From assembly GCA_903896425.1 (NCBI GenBank), contig CAITXW010000257.1:1-52274 (forward strand): 52,274 bases of DNA, read 5' to 3'. This document shows, in pieces, positions 18,744 through 27,333 of this stretch. This DNA comes from an uncultured beta proteobacterium. Its GTDB lineage: Bacteria > Pseudomonadota > Gammaproteobacteria > Burkholderiales > Burkholderiaceae_C. A program made the translations under genes and the position numbers. Every line of letters begins with the position of its first letter. The stretch's first letter is position 1. Below the pieces are notes generated by a model that saw only the letters and a list, made by a program, of their open reading frames with translations, did no database searches and was not told the DNA's origin.

Positions 18744-20579
18744 ATGAATAAGAAGTTCACCTTGATGGCGGCAGCCGTGTTGACCAGTCTGCTTGCGCAG
18801 TCGCAGACACTGCCCGAGCCGCTGGTGCAGGCGGCACGCAAGGCCGTTGCCAGCAACCCCGAGGTTCAGGCACGCTGGAACGGTTTTCAGGCGGCAATGA
18901 ACGAGCGTGATGTGGCGCGCGGCGGCTACTTCCCGCAAGTCGACCTGGGTGCCTCGACCGGTCGCGAGTCCCGCGACTCGCCGCTGGCGCCAGACGGATC
19001 CTACGGCAGCTACAACTTCAACAGTGCTCGGCTCACGCTGCGGCAGATGCTGTTCGACGGTATGTTCACTTCCAACGAGGTCAAGCGCCTTGGTTACGCC
19101 AAGCTGACCCGCTACTACGAACTCAGTGAAGCCGTGGAGACGGCGGCCCTGGAAGCAGTGCGTGCCTATGCCGATGTCTTGCGATACCGTGAACTGGTCG
19201 ATGCCGCGACACAAAACTATGTGGAACACAAGCAGACCACGATGCAAGTCGAGCAGCGTGCCAATGGCGGTGTGGGTCGGGGTGTTGATGCGGAACAGGC
19301 CAATGGCCGTCTCGCCCTGGCAGAGTCCAATCTGTTGACCGAACTGACCAATCTGCACGATGTCAGTGCCCGTTACCTGCGGATCATTGGCGAGAAGCCG
19401 CCAGCCAACCTGCCCGCGTTTCCTGAATCGTTCAAGGTTGGCGCCATGCCGGTCTCGGTCAGCGACTTGATGCGCGAGGGCCTGCAGGGCAGCCCGGCGC
19501 TTAATGCGGCGCTGGAGAATGCGCGTGCCTACAAGACCGCTATCGAGTCCCGCAAGGCGGGCTATATGCCCAGGATCGATCTGCGTGTTTACGGCAGCAG
19601 CGAGAACAACACCGCCGGCATTATTGGCAATACGCGGGCCAATGGCGTGGAACTGGCATTGACCTACAACCTGTTCCGCGGTGGTGCTGACAAGGCAAAG
19701 GAGCGCCAGTCCGTCAGCGAAAGCGAACAGGCGCGCGATCTTCAGGAAAAAGTCTGTCGCGACGTGCGCCAGACGCTGTCCATTGCCTACAGCGATGTGC
19801 GAAGCCTGAGCGAGCAGCAGCGCTACATGAATCAGCACCGGCTGGCCACAGAGAAATCTCGCGAAGCGTATCGCCAGCAATTCGACCTGGGTCAACGCAC
19901 GCTGCTTGACCTGCTTGACAGTCAGAACGAGTACTTTGAATCGAGCCGGTCCTACATCAACGCCCGTCACAACCAGTTGATAGCACAGGCGCGCACACTC
20001 TCGGGCATGGGTCGGTTGGTGGCGGCGCTGGGCGTGGGCCGAAACGATGTGCCCAGTCCACAGGATGCGGGCCAGGACCGTAACAGCATTGATCCGGCTG
20101 AGCTGTGTCCGGTGGAAGAGTCCGTGTCGGATACGATGGACAAGATCAAGGCCGAGATTGTGATCCCGGTCCGTGCCCGTGCGGCGCCGGCGCCCGCACC
20201 GGTAGCGGCCAAAGCACCCGCCAAAGTCAGCTTGGCCGCCGACACTTTGTTCGACTTCAACAAGTTTGATCTGAAGCCAGCTGGCCTGGCCAGGCTCGAT
20301 AGTCTGCTTGATGGCATGAAGGGGCTGGCGATCGACATGGTAATTGCCACCGGCCACACCGATTCCATAGGCAGTGATGCCTACAACAATGCTTTGTCAC
20401 TGGCGCGTGCCGAGGCGGTCAAGGACTACCTGGTTGGCAAGGGTGTCGATGTCAATCGCGTCCGGGTCGTGGGCAAGGGAAGGCGTGAGCCTGTGGCCGA
20501 CAATGCCACCGCTGAAGGACGCGCCAGGAACCGCCGGGTTGATGTCGAGGTGCGCCAACAAGGCGCTGCAAAACCATAG
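18744..20579 (+). CDS. TolC-family outer-membrane protein with OmpA domain, copy 2 (paralogue of 4094-5932)
   Basis: AGGAGG RBS; same motifs as copy 1 and long identical peptide stretches. Confidence 0.9.
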   Translation: MNKKFTLMAAAVLTSLLAQSQTLPEPLVQAARKAVASNPEVQARWNGFQAAMNERDVARGGYFPQVDLGASTGRESRDSPLAPDGSYGSYNFNSARLTLRQMLFDGMFTSNEVKRLGYAKLTRYYELSEAVETAALEAVRAYADVLRYRELVDAATQNYVEHKQTTMQVEQRANGGVGRGVDAEQANGRLALAESNLLTELTNLHDVSARYLRIIGEKPPANLPAFPESFKVGAMPVSVSDLMREGLQGSPALNAALENARAYKTAIESRKAGYMPRIDLRVYGSSENNTAGIIGNTRANGVELALTYNLFRGGADKAKERQSVSESEQARDLQEKVCRDVRQTLSIAYSDVRSLSEQQRYMNQHRLATEKSREAYRQQFDLGQRTLLDLLDSQNEYFESSRSYINARHNQLIAQARTLSGMGRLVAALGVGRNDVPSPQDAGQDRNSIDPAELCPVEESVSDTMDKIKAEIVIPVRARAAPAPAPVAAKAPAKVSLAADTLFDFNKFDLKPAGLARLDSLLDGMKGLAIDMVIATGHTDSIGSDAYNNALSLARAEAVKDYLVGKGVDVNRVRVVGKGRREPVADNATAEGRARNRRVDVEVRQQGAAKP

Positions 20580-20676
20580 GCAGACGTTGCGGCCGGTCTG
20601 AACGATCGGCACGGCTGACGGTGTAGGTGATGTGGTGGCCTTCGGCCTCGATCGGAGTCGCGCAAACGCTTTCAAT

Positions 20677-20838
20677 TCAATGATCCGCTGCCCCAGCGCA
20701 TGCCCACCCTTCATGCTGGTGTTGGGCATGCTGTATTTCCTGCGGGGTCAGGCGTCGGGTGCCATCGACGCCCTGGCGCAGCAAGCGCTCCCGGGCCTGC
20801 TCGCGCAGGTCTGGCGGTTTGCGGCAAGCGTCCATCAT
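20677..20838 (-). pseudogene. Possible N-terminal remnant of a PAS sensor protein
   Basis: MMDACRKPPDLREQARERLLRQGVDGTRRLTPQEIQH..* resembles the LRxxAxxRL..E.Q leader that precedes HELQVHQIEL in PAS kinases. Confidence 0.3.
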
Positions 20839-20927
20839 GCACCTGCGCTTGCGGATAGCTGGCTTGCGATGGCGGTGCGAGCGGGAAGATTGTTCATGTT
20901 GTTGGTGGCTGCACCGCTTCGGTTTTT

Positions 20928-21473
20928 TCAGGGTTCAATGGCGCTGCGCCTCATCCAGTCTTCGGCCTCGGCGATCTCCCGGGGCGTGGACCGGTCCACG
21001 ATCACCGGCATCTGCGCCAGCGTCAGGGTCTTGAGTGCGACGCTGCCGAGAAAAACCCTGGACAGGCCACCGCGACCATGTGAACCCATGAAGATCATGC
21101 TGCAGTTCTGGTGCTTTGCCGCGTCGATGATCGCCTGCGCGGTTGCCGGGTTGAACTCGACGAGTTTGCCCGCCGCGACAGCGCATGCCTGCGCGGCGCT
21201 CACCACCAGCTCGAGATAGCGCTCGGCGATGGCGCGGCACTGCGTCTCGTAGTCGGCCTCGGACGGGTACTCGAAAGGAATGCCGCCGACATACACCGGG
21301 TAGCGGTAAACAGGAACGGAGTGGAAGGCAACGATGCGGACCTTCAGGCGCCTGGCAAATTCCACGGCCTTGAGCGCCGCAGCGATGGACAGCGCCGAGC
21401 CGTCGGTGGGAACCAGCATGCCCTCAAAGCCGGGGCTGCTGCGCTGCAGCGTCACCACGTTGTCAGCGCCCAT
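20928..21473 (-). CDS. Universal stress protein
   Basis: MLVPTDGS..S..A, IFMGSHGRGGLSRVFLGSVA..L. Confidence 0.9.
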   Translation of the reverse strand: MGADNVVTLQRSSPGFEGMLVPTDGSALSIAAALKAVEFARRLKVRIVAFHSVPVYRYPVYVGGIPFEYPSEADYETQCRAIAERYLELVVSAAQACAVAAGKLVEFNPATAQAIIDAAKHQNCSMIFMGSHGRGGLSRVFLGSVALKTLTLAQMPVIVDRSTPREIAEAEDWMRRSAIEP

Positions 21474-21477
21474 GGCT

Positions 21478-22248
21478 TCAGGTTCCGAAGTTGAGCAGCG
21501 CTTCGTGTGAGTGGATGGTGATCTCGCGCCGGTTGACGCCGATGATGCCTGCACGCCCCAGTGCCGAGAAGGCGCGACTGACCGATTCGAGCGTGACGTT
21601 GAGGTAGTTGCCGATGTCGCGCCGCGTCATCGGCAATATGAACTGACTGGCGGAATAGCCCATCGCCGCAAAACGCCTGGCCTGAATGGTCAGGAAGTGC
21701 GCCACGCGCACGTCGGTCTTGGTCAAACAGGTCATGGCGTAGGTGCTTTGCTCGCGAACAATCTCGCGGCTGATGGCCCAGCAGGCCACCAGCTCGAGAT
21801 CGTTGCCGGAGCGCTCGCGTGCAAAAAGCGACTCGGCCGGGATCTTGATCAAGTCGCAGTCGGTCAAGGCCACGACCTCGCTCATGTACTTGCCCTGGCA
21901 AATGCCATCGGAGCCGAGCAGGTCGCCCTTCATCGGAAAGGCAATGACGTGCTCGCCACCGTCGAGTTCCACCATCGACGTCTTCATGGCGCCCAGACGG
22001 ACGACGTAAAGCCCGTCGAAAGCCTGCCCCGCGCACAGCGCGGACTGCCCGGCCTTGAGGCGCCGGCGCCGGAACATGCGGGTGTTATCGAGATGCGTCA
22101 CCTGACCTTCGTAGCGCAACAGGCCCAGAACCTCCATGAAATCGGACCAGCGCTCATCCCGTTCGAGTTTCAGCGTGGGCTGGCTGAGCGATGGCGAAGG
22201 CCGCCAGCGGGCAGCACTCAAGCTTGACTCGACCTGCAGGCTCATCAT
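21478..22248 (-). CDS. Crp/Fnr family regulator, FixK-like (no N-terminal Cys cluster)
   Basis: LYVVRLGAMKT..GDLLGSDGI; LPMTRRDIGNYLNVTLESVSR with the FNR-type ExxSR recognition helix. Confidence 0.9.
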   Translation of the reverse strand: MMSLQVESSLSAARWRPSPSLSQPTLKLERDERWSDFMEVLGLLRYEGQVTHLDNTRMFRRRRLKAGQSALCAGQAFDGLYVVRLGAMKTSMVELDGGEHVIAFPMKGDLLGSDGICQGKYMSEVVALTDCDLIKIPAESLFARERSGNDLELVACWAISREIVREQSTYAMTCLTKTDVRVAHFLTIQARRFAAMGYSASQFILPMTRRDIGNYLNVTLESVSRAFSALGRAGIIGVNRREITIHSHEALLNFGT

Positions 22249-22316
22249 GGTAGGTTCCCCTTCCCGGTGCCGGACGCGTTGCCAATGGGCATCGCTACCA
22301 ATCCGTTTGGGAAACT

Positions 22317-23057
22317 TTATTGCGCGTCGGGCTTGGTGTCTGTAGGGAGTTCTTGACGCCGGCTGTCAGTGAACAGCGACAGCTGCGGCTTCTGGTCGCT
22401 GTGACGGCGTCCGACAGCGGGCGCGGCGGCGTCGTTCATGCCGCGCTCAATCACCAGTCGCACCAGGCCCGTCACGTTGGACACGCCCAGCTTGGCCATC
22501 AGGCGGCTGCGGTAGGTGGCGACCGATTTGGGTGACAGATGAAGCGTCAGTCCAATCTCGGAACTGCTCTGGCCGTTGACCACCATGGTGATGATCTGGC
22601 GCTCGCGCGGCGAGAGCTCGCGCAAGGGGTCATTGCTGACCGGATGCAAAAAAACGTCCAGCGCCAGGCTGCTCACTTCGGCACTGAGATAGCGTCTGCC
22701 CTGGGCGGCGGCCTCAATGGCGTTCATCAGCTCGATGCCGGGCGAGCCTTTGAGCACGTAGGCGCTGGCCCCCATGCGCATGACCTCGGCCACGTCGCGC
22801 GGCTGTGCCGACATGCTCAGGACAACGCAGCGGGTCGGCAAACTGCGGCGCTGCATTTCGGTCAGCACCTCAAAGCCGGAACGCCCGCCCAGTTTCAGGT
22901 CGAGCAGCAAGACTTCGGGGCGCAGCCGCTGCAGGTCGGCCAGTGCCTGGGTCACGTCGGCCGAGTCTCCCAGCACCTTGTGCCCTTTGGCTTCGAGCAT
23001 GGCGCGCAAGCCCTCGCGCATGATCTGGTGGTCGTCGACGAGGTAGAGGCTGGTCAC
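22317..23057 (-). CDS. NarL/LuxR family response regulator
   Basis: LVDDHQIMREGL, LLLDLKL, LSPRERQI..LHLSPKSVATYRSRLMAKL; GTG start overlaps the kinase stop. Confidence 0.9.
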   Translation of the reverse strand: MTSLYLVDDHQIMREGLRAMLEAKGHKVLGDSADVTQALADLQRLRPEVLLLDLKLGGRSGFEVLTEMQRRSLPTRCVVLSMSAQPRDVAEVMRMGASAYVLKGSPGIELMNAIEAAAQGRRYLSAEVSSLALDVFLHPVSNDPLRELSPRERQIITMVVNGQSSSEIGLTLHLSPKSVATYRSRLMAKLGVSNVTGLVRLVIERGMNDAAAPAVGRRHSDQKPQLSLFTDSRRQELPTDTKPDAQ

Positions 23058-23785
23058 GGCGCCGGCCTCCAGCAAAAACGCAGGCGCGTGCCCTGTTGTG
23101 CGACCGACTCCACTGTGAGCTCGGCGTCTATCATCCGGGCCCAGTCCTGCATGCCGAAGTTGCCCGGGTCGCGCAGCTGCCCATCGGGCGCCGCAACCAT
23201 GCGGTCGCCGTGATCGCTGATCTCGAACTGCAAGGCACCGGCCGTGCCCGACAGGCGCACCGATACCGGGCTTGAACCGGAATGCCGCAGCGCGTTTTCC
23301 AGCGCTTCGCGCGCCACCATGAAGGCGCCATACTCAACCTCGACCGGCCAGCGCGCGACAGCGGCTTCGTCGTCGACATGAAACGAGATGGCCACTTTCG
23401 GCTGCCTCAGAGACTGCTTTGCGCGCTCGGCGTCGAACGCGGCGACCAGTCCTTTTTCTTCAAGCTGCGGTGGCCACAGGTCGCAGAGCAGTTGCCTGAC
23501 CTCGGCGATGGCCTGCCCGATCAATGTTCCCATCTGCAACTGCAAGCGCGCAATCTCGGGCGGCATCACGGCCGCCTGACTCTCCTGCAGGGTCAGCATC
23601 GTCTCATGGGCCATGCGAGTAGCCGCCAGGGTCTGGCCGAGCTTGTCATGCAGCGTCTGCGCCAAACCCTTCACGAGTGCGCGCTCTTTCGTCATGAGCC
23701 GATGCGTCAAACCGGAAAGCTGGCGCAGCGACTGCTGCAGGGCAGCGTCCGGGGGGGCCAGCGGTTCTCGATCGGGTGTGTTCAT
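23054..23785 (-). CDS. Sensor-less HisKA_3-type histidine kinase with degenerate ATP-binding boxes
   Basis: LAQTLHDKLGQTL H-box; REALENALRHS N-box; DHGDRM and GNFGM where DxGxG and GLxGM are expected. Confidence 0.75.
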   Translation of the reverse strand: MNTPDREPLAPPDAALQQSLRQLSGLTHRLMTKERALVKGLAQTLHDKLGQTLAATRMAHETMLTLQESQAAVMPPEIARLQLQMGTLIGQAIAEVRQLLCDLWPPQLEEKGLVAAFDAERAKQSLRQPKVAISFHVDDEAAVARWPVEVEYGAFMVAREALENALRHSGSSPVSVRLSGTAGALQFEISDHGDRMVAAPDGQLRDPGNFGMQDWARMIDAELTVESVAQQGTRLRFCWRPAP

Positions 23786-23976
23786 GCGATGACCTCAAGC
23801 GCCAGCTTGCAGGATCAGTCGGCAGAAATCCGACCTGGATGAAAGCTGTGCAACTTGCGAATTTATTCTACCTGAAACAAGGTTTCGGAGCGTCCGGGCT
23901 GGGCCTTTTGATGCCTTGGTGCCGATCGCAGGCAAGGCTCTGTTGTACATCCCCGGCACTGGTTTCTATTGCTGAA

Positions 23977-23990
23977 TTGATAGTTATCAA
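23977..23990. promoter_or_regulatory. Consensus FNR box between the kinase operon and the flp/tad operon
   Basis: AA-TTGAT-AGTT-ATCAA-TT; possible -10 CACGCT at 24013-24018 (22 nt gap) facing flp. Confidence 0.8.
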
Positions 23991-24228
23991 TTGCGCAATG
24001 TTCATGCTGGCGCACGCTACGGGCCATGCAGAAGCTGAACCGATATCAAAGCGAAAAAACGGTGATGCCGGTTCAGACGTTCGGGCTCGGACATCCATCG
24101 CGCAGAGCAACAGATCCGCTTCACGGGTCTGGCGCGCAGCGCGACGAGTGCCCGGCGCGGCGACTTCTGCTAATGGGTCGGCAACCTGTTTGGGTTGGCC
24201 GGAATGTCAATCGAAATGGAGATTCATC

Positions 24229-24432
24229 ATGGATAAATTAGTTTTGGCAAGTCGCAATTTTCTGCGCGCAGAAGAAGGCGTGACCGCCATCGAATATGGC
24301 TTGATTGCGGCAATGATTGCCGTTGCCATCATTGTCGCGGTAGGTTTGATTGGAACGCAGTTGGATACGCTGTTTAGAAAAATCGCAGCTTGTATCGCCA
24401 AGCCAACAGACGCTGCCTGTACCGGAGCCTAA
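24229..24432 (+). CDS. flp: Flp family type IVc (Tad) pilin
   Basis: EEG|VTAIEYGLIAAMIAV Flp motif; GGAG RBS; 67 aa. Confidence 0.95.
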   Translation: MDKLVLASRNFLRAEEGVTAIEYGLIAAMIAVAIIVAVGLIGTQLDTLFRKIAACIAKPTDAACTGA

Positions 24433-24480
24433 GGCACTTGAAATGCACTGCCCACGGGCAACCAAGACAGGAGCTCGCGC

Positions 24481-25071
24481 ATGGATCTTTTCGACACCCC
24501 GGCAATCTGGCAGCACTGGTGCTTTGCCATCCTGGCGCTGGCCATGCTGATGATCGACGAGGTTGACGTGCGCGAGCAGCGCATTCCCAATGTCATGGTG
24601 CTGCTCCTCTTGTGCGCCGGTGTCTTTCTCAACACGACCGGGCCGGCCAATTCGCAGCAGGGCCCGTTCAGCCCGTTCCCCGGCGCGCTCGGGGCGGCGC
24701 AGTCGCTGCTGGGTGTGCTGGTGGGCCTGGCGCTCTTTTTGCCGTTCTACCTGTGGCGCGCCATGGGTGCCGGCGATGTCAAGCTGCTGGCGGCGCTGGG
24801 CGCTTTTGCCGGCCCGGTCGAGATCATCAGCCTGATGCTGATCATCCTGATTGCAGGCGGCCTGCTGGCCGTCGCGCGCATGCTGTGGAGCCGCAATTCA
24901 GGTCTGGTGCTGGCCAATGTGAGGCAGGTGCTGGGCGGCGGCTCCGCTCGGCGCTTTGATCCGGCCCGTCAATCGGCCGACCGCATGCCCTACGCGCTGG
25001 CTTTCAGCGCCGGTCTGCTGGCCTACGGCTACTGGCGCTCAATCGGCGGTGCGCCCTTCATCGTTTTCTGA
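24481..25071 (+). CDS. cpaA: Prepilin peptidase CpaA/TadV (A24)
   Basis: DVREQRIPN and MGAGDVKL aspartate motifs; RMPYALA. Confidence 0.9.
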   Translation: MDLFDTPAIWQHWCFAILALAMLMIDEVDVREQRIPNVMVLLLLCAGVFLNTTGPANSQQGPFSPFPGALGAAQSLLGVLVGLALFLPFYLWRAMGAGDVKLLAALGAFAGPVEIISLMLIILIAGGLLAVARMLWSRNSGLVLANVRQVLGGGSARRFDPARQSADRMPYALAFSAGLLAYGYWRSIGGAPFIVF

Positions 25072-25100
25072 TGGCGCGCCACAAAAGAACAAAGAACATC

Positions 25101-26456
25101 ATGCAAATCCAAACAGCACCGCTGCAGATCGTGGCGGCCACCGGGGCAGCAGAGTCGCTCGCGAGCGCTGAGGCCGCTGGCCTGCCCGATGCCTTTGTCA
25201 TCGAACTGATGCTGCGCCATCTGGCGCGCATGGGTGAACTGCGCTTGTTCGAGCTGGCGCAGCGTCTGGGGCTGAGCGCCAATCAGGTCGCCCCCTTGCT
25301 GGCGCACATGCGCACGCTGCAGCTGATCGAAATTCCGCGCCGCGGCGAAACCGAGGGCGACGTCAGCTACAACCTGACCGACCTGGGCCACCATCAGGCC
25401 CGGCTTGCCTTCGAGAAGTGCCAGTATGCGGGCCCCGCGCCCGTGACGCTGGTGGAGTATGTGAACCAGGTGAACCGGCAGAGCCTGCGTCTGCATCCGA
25501 CAACGGCGCAGCGGCTCAAGGAGGCCATGGGCAACCTGGTGATTGAGGATGCCATGCTGCCGACCCTGGGCAGTGCACTCAACTCGGGCAAGGCGATTTA
25601 TCTCTACGGTCCCAGCGGCGTGGGCAAGTCCTATCTGGCCGAGCATCTGGTGAAGACGCTGCACGGCCAGATCTGGGTGCCGCATGCGCTCTACATCGAC
25701 GGCGAGGTGATCCAGGTGTTCGATCCGACGGTGCACCACGCTGTGCCGGTGCCAGTGCCGGCAGAGCGTCGCCTGAGCCGTGACGAGATCCCCGACGGAC
25801 GCTGGGTGCGTGTTGAGCGGCCCATCGTCATGACGGGGGGGGAGCTCACCCTGCAGATGCTGGAGCTGGAGTTTGACAAGCTCAGCCGCCTCTATGTGGC
25901 GCCGCTGCAGATGAAGGCCAACAACGGCATCTTTGTCATCGATGACCTGGGGCGCCAGCGCATCAGCGCGCGCGACCTGCTCAACCGCTGGATCGTGCCG
26001 CTGGACCGGCATGTCGATTATCTGGCGCTGCACACCGGCAACAAGTTTGAAATGCCGTTCGACGTGACGGTGATTTTTTCGTCCAACCTGACGCCCGACG
26101 AGCTGACCGATCCGGCCTTTGCGCGGCGCCTGGGCTACAAGATCGCGATCGGTGCACTGAGCCAGGATGGCTACCGCAAGGTCATCGCCCAGGCCTGTCA
26201 GCGCGTCGGCATCGAGGCCGATCCGGTGGCGATCGATTTCATGGTGGAGCGGCTTCATCCGTCCTACGAGCAGGACTATCTGCCCTGCATTCCGTATGAC
26301 GTGATCAGCAAGATCCGCGACCGCGCGCTTTATCTGGGGCAGTCGGCGCGCCTCAGCCCCGAGTTGATCGAGTGGGCGTGGCAGACGTATTTTGGCGTCG
26401 GCGATCAGCCGCGGCAAATGGTTCGGAATATCGGAACAGAGGAGTGTCAAAAATGA
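25101..26456 (+). CDS. Uncharacterised AAA+ ATPase within the tad operon
   Basis: Walker A GPSGVGKS, Walker B IFVIDD, FSSN sensor-1, DPAFARR Arg finger; ATGA-coupled to cpaB. Confidence 0.85.
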   Translation: MQIQTAPLQIVAATGAAESLASAEAAGLPDAFVIELMLRHLARMGELRLFELAQRLGLSANQVAPLLAHMRTLQLIEIPRRGETEGDVSYNLTDLGHHQARLAFEKCQYAGPAPVTLVEYVNQVNRQSLRLHPTTAQRLKEAMGNLVIEDAMLPTLGSALNSGKAIYLYGPSGVGKSYLAEHLVKTLHGQIWVPHALYIDGEVIQVFDPTVHHAVPVPVPAERRLSRDEIPDGRWVRVERPIVMTGGELTLQMLELEFDKLSRLYVAPLQMKANNGIFVIDDLGRQRISARDLLNRWIVPLDRHVDYLALHTGNKFEMPFDVTVIFSSNLTPDELTDPAFARRLGYKIAIGALSQDGYRKVIAQACQRVGIEADPVAIDFMVERLHPSYEQDYLPCIPYDVISKIRDRALYLGQSARLSPELIEWAWQTYFGVGDQPRQMVRNIGTEECQK

Positions 26457-27316
26457 GAAGCACCCGTGCAATTGTCATGATTATTTTGTCATTGATCGCA
26501 GGCGTGATAGCGGTCATTCTGGCCGCCCGCTGGGTTGGGCAGCAGGCGGCGCAAAACACCACGCCGGTGGTCGTCGCCGCGCGCGACCTCGAGCCCGGCT
26601 TGCCGCTGACGGCCAGCATGCTGCAGCTGACGCCCTGGCCGGCCGGCGCCATACCGGGTGGCGTATTCGAGGACATGAAGAAGCTCGAGGGCCGCGTCAT
26701 CCGCAGCCCGGTCTTCAAGGGTGAACCGGTGCTCGAGCCCAAGCTGGCGCCCGAAGGCACGAAGGGCGGCTTGACGTCCATCATCCAGAGCGGCAAGCGG
26801 GCCATCAGCGTCAAGGTCAACGAAGTGGTTGGCGTTGCCGGCTTTGCCCTGCCCGGCAGCTACGTCGATGTCATGGTTCACGTCACCGACAGCAAGAACA
26901 AGGCGATCTCCAAGATCGTGCTCAAGCGGATCCTGGTTCTGGCGATCGCGCAGGAAGCCAACCGCGACGAGACCAAGCCCAAGGTGGTCAGTGCTGTCAC
27001 GCTGGAAGTGACGCCGGCGCAGGCCGAAAAGATCGACCTCGCGCGCAGCATTGGCGCACTGTCTCTGGTGTTGCGCAATGCCGTCGACAGCGACGACACC
27101 GAGACCGCCGGCATGGACCGCGACGAACTGCTTGGAAAGCAAGCGGTGGCGCCGGCTGCGCAGGCGGCCGCCTCGGCTGCCGCGCCGCAGCGCCGCGTGG
27201 CCAGGGCGCGCCCCGCGCCGGCCCTTGCATCGCGGCCGGCGCTGCCGGCCAGCGCCAGCCCCGTCGCCGGGGTCGAGGTGATCCGCGGCGTGCAAAAAGC
27301 CAATTCCGAGTTCTGA
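26453..27316 (+). CDS. cpaB: Flp pilus assembly protein CpaB/RcpC
   Basis: SAF domain VVVAARDL; GKRAISVKVNEVVGVAGFALPGSYVDV; VTLEVTP. Confidence 0.92.
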   Translation: MRSTRAIVMIILSLIAGVIAVILAARWVGQQAAQNTTPVVVAARDLEPGLPLTASMLQLTPWPAGAIPGGVFEDMKKLEGRVIRSPVFKGEPVLEPKLAPEGTKGGLTSIIQSGKRAISVKVNEVVGVAGFALPGSYVDVMVHVTDSKNKAISKIVLKRILVLAIAQEANRDETKPKVVSAVTLEVTPAQAEKIDLARSIGALSLVLRNAVDSDDTETAGMDRDELLGKQAVAPAAQAAASAAAPQRRVARARPAPALASRPALPASASPVAGVEVIRGVQKANSEF

Positions 27317-27333
27317 TCTTGAAGGAAGCCAAA

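Noticed and set aside
24040-24210. c-di-GMP-I riboswitch upstream of flp
   Set aside because: CGCAGAGC loosely recalls CGCAAAGC, but the GGCAAAC/GAAA P1-P2 elements are not evident; kept only as a generic structured leader
23776-24228. N-terminal extension of the Flp ORF (218 aa in the track)
   Set aside because: Flp prepilins are short; the RBS supports ATG at 24229 and the extension spans the FNR box
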